Shown here piece after piece: positions 55,724 to 64,000 of a DNA stretch of 64,000 nucleotides. How positions within the stretch are numbered: position 1 is the first letter of the stretch; each line of letters begins with the position of its first letter. Source of the stretch: an uncultured Acidimicrobiia bacterium. GTDB taxonomy: Bacteria; Actinomycetota; Thermoleophilia; Solirubrobacterales; 70-9. A program made the position numbers and the translations under genes. Location: assembly GCA_964196325.1 (NCBI GenBank), contig CAXMST010000099.1, positions 4,367 through 68,366 on the forward strand, given 5' to 3'. Under the pieces are notes generated by a model, which was not told the DNA's origin, did no database searches, and worked only from the letters and a program-made list of their open reading frames with translations.

Positions 55724-56833
55724 GTGCTCGTCACCGGTCTCAACACCCGCTCGTTCCGCAACCTTGCTGACGGCGAGCTCGCCTTTGGGGCCGGGCTGAC
55801 CGTGGTCCATGGGGCCAACGGGGCCGGCAAGACCAACCTGCTCGAGAGCCTCTTCTTCGGCTTGACCGGGCGCTCATGTCGGACCAGGCGCGAGCGCGAG
55901 ATGATCGCGTTCGGCGATTCGCTGGCGCGCAGCGAGGTCGAGCTGAAGCCGGATAGCGACGCGATCGAGCCCGGCGAGCCGTTCACGATGAGGGCTTCGA
56001 TCTCGACCTCCGAAGGCCGTCATCGACGGGTCGATGGTCGTGAGTTGGGGGCAGAAGACGACCGCCGCCGCCCCGCCCTCAGTGTCTTTATGCCCGACCG
56101 CTTGGCGCTGGTCAAGGGCCCTCCCGGCCCCAGGCGCGCGCATCTGGATCGCCTGACGGCCGCGCTTTGGCCTGCCCGCAAGGAGCTTCGGTCGAGCTAC
56201 AACCGGGCCTTGGCCCAGCGCAACGCGCTCCTCGGCAGGACCCAGGCGGGCGCCGGAGCCAGTGGGCTGGATGCCTGGGATCGGGCCCTTGCGGAGGCGG
56301 CGGCGCCGCTCGCCCTGGCTCGTGCCGAGGCTGCCGCAGCGCTCAGGGAACCGTTCGCCGATGCCGCGCGGACGCTCGGCCTCGAGGGCGACGCCGAGCT
56401 CAGCTACCGGCCCCAGACAGAGGCTCTCGACGTGGCTGAAATCGCGGCTGAGCTGGGCCGTCGCCGCGCGGGCGACACCGAGCGTGGCTACACGGTCTGG
56501 GGGCCACACCGCGATGAGGTCGTCCTCGCCCACCGGGGGAGGACGCTGCGACGCTACGGGTCCCAGGGACAACAGCGGCTCGGCCTGCTCGCTTTGTTGT
56601 TTGCCGAGCGCCAGGCACTGCGGGCCGCCCGACGCGCGATGCCGCTGATGTTGCTCGACGACGTGATGAGCGAGCTCGACCCCGAGCGCCGCATCCGCCT
56701 GGCCGAGCTGCTCGGGCAGGGCGGCCAGGCTCTGATCACCACCACTGAGTCGGACCAGGTCCCCGGCGCAGAGCGCCATCGGCGACTGCTGATGTCCGCC
56801 GGAAGCATTCAGCTTGGGGGCGCCGAGGCTTGA
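55724..56833 (+). CDS. recF: DNA replication and repair protein RecF
   Basis: FRNL, Walker A GANGAGKTNLLE, SMC signature GSQGQQR, Walker B LLLDDVMSELD. Confidence 0.95.
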   Translation: MLVTGLNTRSFRNLADGELAFGAGLTVVHGANGAGKTNLLESLFFGLTGRSCRTRREREMIAFGDSLARSEVELKPDSDAIEPGEPFTMRASISTSEGRHRRVDGRELGAEDDRRRPALSVFMPDRLALVKGPPGPRRAHLDRLTAALWPARKELRSSYNRALAQRNALLGRTQAGAGASGLDAWDRALAEAAAPLALARAEAAAALREPFADAARTLGLEGDAELSYRPQTEALDVAEIAAELGRRRAGDTERGYTVWGPHRDEVVLAHRGRTLRRYGSQGQQRLGLLALLFAERQALRAARRAMPLMLLDDVMSELDPERRIRLAELLGQGGQALITTTESDQVPGAERHRRLLMSAGSIQLGGAEA

Positions 56834-57135
56834 GTTCGCGAGCTCCACGCAAAATCTCCGACCCACTTGCGCGGGTAGTTCGAGAGCAGGCGCCCAAGAC
56901 CCTGCTCGCCGAGGTCCAGGTGGCCTGGCCCGAGGCCACCGGTGCGGCGATTGCGGCGGCATCGGAGCCCGTCGCCGAGCGTCGCGGCAAGGTCACGATC
57001 GCCTGTGAGAGCGGTGCCTGGGCGCAGGAGTTGGAGCTGATGTCGGAGCAGCTTCAGGCGCGCGTGGAACAGATCGTGGGCGAGAACAGGCTGTCGGTGC
57101 TGCGGTTCACTGCCGACCTCAGCCGCCATCGCTGA
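56830..57135 (+). CDS. DUF721 / DciA-family protein
   Basis: Motif W......A..S.P......G.V.I...S.AWAQEL. The position between recF and gyrB is typical of DUF721 genes. 4-nt overlap with recF. Confidence 0.78.
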   Translation: MSSRAPRKISDPLARVVREQAPKTLLAEVQVAWPEATGAAIAAASEPVAERRGKVTIACESGAWAQELELMSEQLQARVEQIVGENRLSVLRFTADLSRHR

Positions 57136-57353
57136 GGCCGGCGATAGAGAAGCTCAGGAAAAGTGCAATGTTGCAGGTATTTTGGCACACTCTCGCGAGA
57201 TCGGCGCGGGCCGCGTGACCGCCCCAAGTGGTATCCTTATGTCAACTAGTTTCTTGCCCCGCGACGTTCGGGTCAGGGCTCTCGCCCGATCCCTCCCTGC
57301 GGGGCTTTGTATGCGCAGGTACCGCCGGGGCAAGCGGCAATATTCAGATGTAG

Positions 57354-59780
<2,427 letters not shown>

Positions 59781-59835
59781 AACAGGCCACATCGACCGCC
59801 CCCGCGGGCGCGGCTATTCGGAACCAGTGATCTAG

Positions 59836-62403
59836 ATGGAGGGTTCGAGCGAGCTGCTTTCCGGCGGCAACATCGAGGAGCGCGAGTTGATCACCGAGAT
59901 GCGTTCGTCGTATCTCGACTACGCAATGAGCGTGATCGTCGGGCGCGCGCTGCCCGACGTGCGCGACGGGCTCAAGCCGGTCCACCGCCGGGTCCTGTAC
60001 GCGATGCAGGATCTCGGTCTGCAGCCGACCCGCGCCTACCGCAAATGCGCCTACATCGTCGGCGACGTGATGGGCAAGTACCACCCGCACGGCGATAGCG
60101 CGATCTACGATGCGCTTGTGCGAATGGCGCAGGAGTTCAGCCTGCGCTACCCACTGGTCGACGGGCAGGGCAACTTTGGCTCAATCGATGACGACCCGGC
60201 CGCAGCGATGCGGTACACCGAGGCGCGTCTGACTCGGCTCGCGACGGAGATGCTGCGGGACATCGAGTCGGAGACCGTCGATTTCGTCCCCAACTACGAC
60301 GAGTCGAGTACCGAGCCGAGGGTGCTGCCCGCTCGCTTTCCGAATCTTTTGGTCAACGGCTCATCGGGGATCGCGGTTGGGATGGCAACCAACATCCCGC
60401 CTCACAACCTGCGCGAGGTGACCGCCGCCGTCAACGCCTACCTCGATGATCCCGCGATCGACACCGAGGGCCTGATGCAGCACGTCACCGGCCCCGATTT
60501 TCCCGGCGGCGGCCTGATCATGGGCTCGGAGGGAATCCGCGAGGCCTATCGCTCGGGCCGCGGCAGCGTCCGCGTCCGCGCGCGCGTCCACATCGAACCG
60601 CTCAGGGCGGGCAAGGAGGCGATCATCGTCACCGAGCTCCCCTTCATGGTCAAGAAGGGTGGAGACGGTGGCCTGATCCAGAAGATCGCCGACCTCGTTC
60701 GCGACAAGAAGATCTCCGAGATATCTGATCTTCGGGATGAATCCGACCGCTCCGGAATGCGGCTGGTGATCGAGTGCAAGCGCGATGCGATGCCTCGGAT
60801 CGTGCTCAACAAGCTCTACAAGCACTCGCAGATGCAGGCGACCTTCGGCGTCAACGCGGTGGCGCTGGTCGACAACGTGCCAAAGACGCTCTCGCTGCGT
60901 GACCTGATCCGCCACTACGTTGCCCACCAGCGGGATGTCGTCACCCGACGGACCCAGTACAGGCTGCGGCAGGCCGAGGCAAGGGCGCATGTGCTCGAGG
61001 GTCTGCTCGTCGCACTGGACAACCTCGACGCGGTGATCGCGTTGATCCGCGCTTCCGCCGACGCCGACGCCGCGCGGTCCGGGCTCATGGAGCAGTTCGG
61101 CCTCTCGGAGATCCAGGCCCAGGCGATCCTCGACATGCGGCTACAGAGACTCACGGCGCTGGAGACGGACAAGGTCCGGGCCGAGCACGGCGAGTTGATG
61201 GCCAAGATCAAGGAGCTGCGCACGATTCTTGGCGAGGAGAGCCTGATCGACGGCCTGATCCGCGATGAGCTGGCCGAGGTCGCCGAGCGCTACGGAGACG
61301 AGCGCAGGACCGAGATCGCCCTGGCTGAGGGCGAGGTCGATATCGAGGACATGATCGCCGACCAGCAGATGGTGATCTCGCTGACCGCCTCGGGCTACGC
61401 CAAGCGGCTGCCGTTGGCCACCTACCGCCAGCAGCACCGCGGCGGCAAGGGCGTGACCGGCATGGACCTCAAGGAGGGGGACTACATCGAGCACCTCCAC
61501 ATCTGCTCGACGCACGACTTCCTGCTGTTCTTCACCAACCGCGGCAAGGTCTATCGCCTCAAGGTCTACGAGCTGCCGGAGGGGTCGCGAACCGCGCGCG
61601 GTAAGGCTCTGGTCAACGTGCTTCCGCTCAACGACGGCGAGCGGGTAATGGCCGTGATCCCCACCCGTGATTTCAGTGAGGGCAAGTACCTGGCCTTCGC
61701 GACGGCCAAGGGACTGGTCAAGAAGACCGAGTTCCCGAAGTACAACACCCCGATTCGCGCCGACGGGATCATCGCGATCAAGGTTCGCGAGGACGACGAG
61801 CTTGTCCAGGTGAGGCTCACCAACGGTGACGAGGACCTGCTGCTGATCTCACGCTCGGGCCATGCCTCGCGGTTCAGCGAATCGGCCGTGCGCTCGATGG
61901 GCCGTGACACCTCAGGGGTCAAGGGCATGAACGTCTCGGCCAAGATCGACGGCGAGGAGAACCGGGTGCTCGCGATGGACGTGGCCCGTGAGGACACCGA
62001 GCTGTTCGTGGTGACCGAGAATGGCTACGGAAAGCGCACGGCGATCGTCGAGTACCCGGTCAAGGGGCGCGGTACCAAGGGCGTGCTGACCGCGAAGCTG
62101 ACTGAGAAGAAAGGCGGCCTGGCCGGCGCCCTGATCGTGCGCGAGCACGAGCAACTCCTGTTCATCTCCCAGAACGGGATGGTTCAGCGGACCTCGGCGA
62201 AGGGGATCTCGCAGATGGGCCGGGCCACGCAGGGCGTGCGCGTGATGAACATGAAGGACGAGGATCGGATCAGCGCCCTCGCCCTGGTCGTGGAGGACGA
62301 GATCGAGATCGAGCTCGAGACTGATCCGGAGCTGCCCGCGGACGAGAACGGCGCCGCACCGGACGCTCCCTCAGCGGGGCTTGGAGATGAGTCACCCGAG
62401 TAG
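59836..62403 (+). CDS. gyrA: DNA gyrase subunit A
   Basis: [44 protein letters not shown], catalytic AAMRYTE, GyrA-box region, and a C-terminal beta-pinwheel with an acidic tail. Confidence 0.97.
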   Translation: MEGSSELLSGGNIEERELITEMRSSYLDYAMSVIVGRALPDVRDGLKPVHRRVLYAMQDLGLQPTRAYRKCAYIVGDVMGKYHPHGDSAIYDALVRMAQEFSLRYPLVDGQGNFGSIDDDPAAAMRYTEARLTRLATEMLRDIESETVDFVPNYDESSTEPRVLPARFPNLLVNGSSGIAVGMATNIPPHNLREVTAAVNAYLDDPAIDTEGLMQHVTGPDFPGGGLIMGSEGIREAYRSGRGSVRVRARVHIEPLRAGKEAIIVTELPFMVKKGGDGGLIQKIADLVRDKKISEISDLRDESDRSGMRLVIECKRDAMPRIVLNKLYKHSQMQATFGVNAVALVDNVPKTLSLRDLIRHYVAHQRDVVTRRTQYRLRQAEARAHVLEGLLVALDNLDAVIALIRASADADAARSGLMEQFGLSEIQAQAILDMRLQRLTALETDKVRAEHGELMAKIKELRTILGEESLIDGLIRDELAEVAERYGDERRTEIALAEGEVDIEDMIADQQMVISLTASGYAKRLPLATYRQQHRGGKGVTGMDLKEGDYIEHLHICSTHDFLLFFTNRGKVYRLKVYELPEGSRTARGKALVNVLPLNDGERVMAVIPTRDFSEGKYLAFATAKGLVKKTEFPKYNTPIRADGIIAIKVREDDELVQVRLTNGDEDLLLISRSGHASRFSESAVRSMGRDTSGVKGMNVSAKIDGEENRVLAMDVAREDTELFVVTENGYGKRTAIVEYPVKGRGTKGVLTAKLTEKKGGLAGALIVREHEQLLFISQNGMVQRTSAKGISQMGRATQGVRVMNMKDEDRISALALVVEDEIEIELETDPELPADENGAAPDAPSAGLGDESPE

Positions 62404-62668
62404 ACCTCGCCGGCCGGCCGGCCCTGCTCGGTTCGGGGCAAGCAGGGGGCCGACGGGCCGACTGCCGGGTCTGATTCAATCGGAGGACCAGAGAAAGGAG
62501 GTGGTCCTAGTTGAGTGAGTTGATTTTCGGGACTCTGGAGGTGATGGGCCGCTAGGCGGCTGCGGGCCGCCCGGCGAATACCCCCCGGGCACCGGCGAGA
62601 CAGCGTGGTTGGGAGCAGTCCCGCTCGACCATCGATAGCGCAGTTTCGTTGACCGACCGCACCACGGC

Positions 62669-62710
62669 GAGGCCGCCGCTCCATCCGGGGCGGCGGCCTC
62701 GTCGCTTTTA
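62669..62710 (+). terminator. Rho-independent terminator-like hairpin
   Basis: Perfect 11-bp stem GAGGCCGCCGC / GCGGCGGCCTC with a 10-nt loop, followed by GTCGCTTTTA on the plus strand. Confidence 0.6.
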
Positions 62711-62769
62711 CCGGTTGCCTCCGCGCCGGCCCCGGCTTCGCGTTCGGCTTCTGGGGCTCGGGTCCAGCC

Positions 62770-63999
62770 TCAGAGCCGCTTCAGCGCTGAGCGGGCGGCG
62801 TTGTGGCCGCCCATTCCGTGCACGCCGGCACCCGGAGGCGTCGCGGCGGAGCAGATGTAGACACCGGGGATCCCCGTCGCGTAGGGGTCGAGCGCCAACC
62901 GCGGCCGGATTCCGAGCTGCACGGGGCCGTTCGCGCCGGTGATGATGTCGCCGCCGATGTAGTTCGCGTTGTAGGCCGCGAACTCGCCCGCCTTGCGGCT
63001 GACGCTCGCAACGACCCGCTCCCGCAGCCCGGGCGCGAAGCGCTCGATCTGGGCCAGGATCGCTTCGGTGGCGTCGCCGCCGTAGCCGGAGGGCACGTGG
63101 GCGTAGGCCCAGATCGGGTGCAGATCGGGCTCACCGGCGGAGCGGCTGGGATCGGCGAGGTACTGCTGCCCGACGAGGACGAAGGGCCGCTCCGGCATCC
63201 GCCCGCGGTTGATCTCCCGCTCGGCCCCGACCAGCTCTGCCAACTCCCCGATCACGTGCACCGTGCCGGCCTTGCGAGCGGCTTCGTTGCTCCAGGGCAC
63301 CCCTCCCTGGACCGCAAGGTCGAGCTTGAACGCGCCGGGACCGTGCTTGTAGCGGCGGTAGGCCCGGGCCACCCGGGCCGGTAGGGCCTCGCCCGCGATC
63401 GCGGCGACGCCGGCCGGTGCGAGATCGAGCAGGACCACGTCGGGGTCCCCGAGCTCCTCCAGCGAACGGACGCGAACGCCGGTCTCGATAACCCCCCCTC
63501 GGGAGCGCAACGAGGCGGCGAGGGCGTCGGTGATCGCCCGGGAGCCGCCCTTGGCTACCGGCCAGCCGCTGTGGTGGCCGGCACTGATCAGCGCCATTCC
63601 GACGGCCGAGCTCATCGGTCGGTTGAGTGGGCTGAAAGCGTGCGCGGCGACGCCGCCGAATAGCGCCTTGGCCTCCGGGGTGCGGAAGCCGCGGGTCAGC
63701 CAGGTCGCGGGTGCGGCCGCGGGGATTCCGAAGCGCGCCAACCGCAGCGGGTGCCGCGGCAGGTGCAGAAGCGGCTCGACGAGCTCATCGTTGAGCGCCT
63801 CGAAGCCGCTGGACGGGCCGGCGAAGAGGCGCCCCCAGCGACTGCCGTCGGGGCCCAGCCCAGCGACCGTCGCCGGCAGCGAGCGGACCATCACGCCGGC
63901 GCGCCCGTCGTCGAGAGGGTGCGCCAGGTCAACCTCGGGAAGGCACCACTCGAGCCCGTGCCGCTCGAGCCCGAGCGAGCTCAGGAACGGCGAACACAT
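62770..63999 (-). CDS. Phytoene desaturase-family NAD(P)/FAD-dependent oxidoreductase (5' end outside the window)
   Basis: C-terminal ...GGDI.TGA......RP...PY.T.IPG.Y.C.A.T.PG.GVHGM.G is typical of CrtI-family oxidoreductases. The ORF runs off the window edge. Confidence 0.72.
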   Translation of the reverse strand: MCSPFLSSLGLERHGLEWCLPEVDLAHPLDDGRAGVMVRSLPATVAGLGPDGSRWGRLFAGPSSGFEALNDELVEPLLHLPRHPLRLARFGIPAAAPATWLTRGFRTPEAKALFGGVAAHAFSPLNRPMSSAVGMALISAGHHSGWPVAKGGSRAITDALAASLRSRGGVIETGVRVRSLEELGDPDVVLLDLAPAGVAAIAGEALPARVARAYRRYKHGPGAFKLDLAVQGGVPWSNEAARKAGTVHVIGELAELVGAEREINRGRMPERPFVLVGQQYLADPSRSAGEPDLHPIWAYAHVPSGYGGDATEAILAQIERFAPGLRERVVASVSRKAGEFAAYNANYIGGDIITGANGPVQLGIRPRLALDPYATGIPGVYICSAATPPGAGVHGMGGHNAARSALKRL

Positions 64000-64000
64000 C

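Noticed and set aside
62404-62700. Known housekeeping RNA (RNase P RNA, tmRNA, SRP RNA, 6S) downstream of gyrA
   Set aside because: None of the conserved motifs I know are present: GGAAAGUCC-type P4 for RNase P, the tRNA-like ends and tag ORF for tmRNA, or the SRP domain IV GGAA/AGCA loop. It is left as an unassigned region in the findings.

Overview
Very GC-rich bacterial chromosomal window. Gene content and protein families look like a deep-branching actinobacterium (Thermoleophilia or Rubrobacteria-like), but this taxonomic guess cannot be confirmed without a search. The right third is the replication-origin neighbourhood: rpmH-rnpA-yidD-yidC-jag-rsmG-parA-parB on the minus strand, diverging from dnaA-dnaN-recF-dciA(DUF721)-gyrB-gyrA on the plus strand. 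The rest is core metabolism and respiration:
- ccdA/tlpA thiol-disulfide genes
- an ECF sigma module
- a DEAD/DUF1998 helicase
- folP
- a hydroxy-acid oxidase joined to cydAB
- sucCD
- tatAC
- dcd
- one tightly packed minus-strand gene string joining hemB, a fused siroheme-decarboxylase-like gene, hemL, a Rieske/split cytochrome b/cytochrome c complex, ubiE and a polyprenyl synthase
- an ABC-2 exporter
- a small envelope-glycan cluster

Three tRNAs are present: Phe-GAA, Lys-CTT and Ile-GAT. I saw no rRNA, CRISPR array, transposase, integrase or obvious defence island, so this is mostly ordinary core genome.

The most notable observations:
1. rpmH (L34) is interrupted by an apparent 1-nt deletion.
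2. An ECF sigma gene is flanked on both sides by short paralogous zf-HC2 anti-sigma-like genes.
3. An AT-rich island carries a 28-bp near-perfect palindrome upstream of a tiny gene, next to a DtxR-family regulator.
4. About 300 nt of unexplained structured sequence, with a micro-ORF, lies between the gyrA stop and a strong terminator.
5. A fused AhbA/AhbB-like gene sits between hemB and hemL.
6. gyrB carries a proteobacterial-type insertion.
7. A compact dnaA-dnaN intergenic oriC candidate has one perfect TTGTCCACA box, and a single parS-like site lies at the 5' end of yidD.

All product calls come from motif recognition by eye in the supplied translations. No database search was run.
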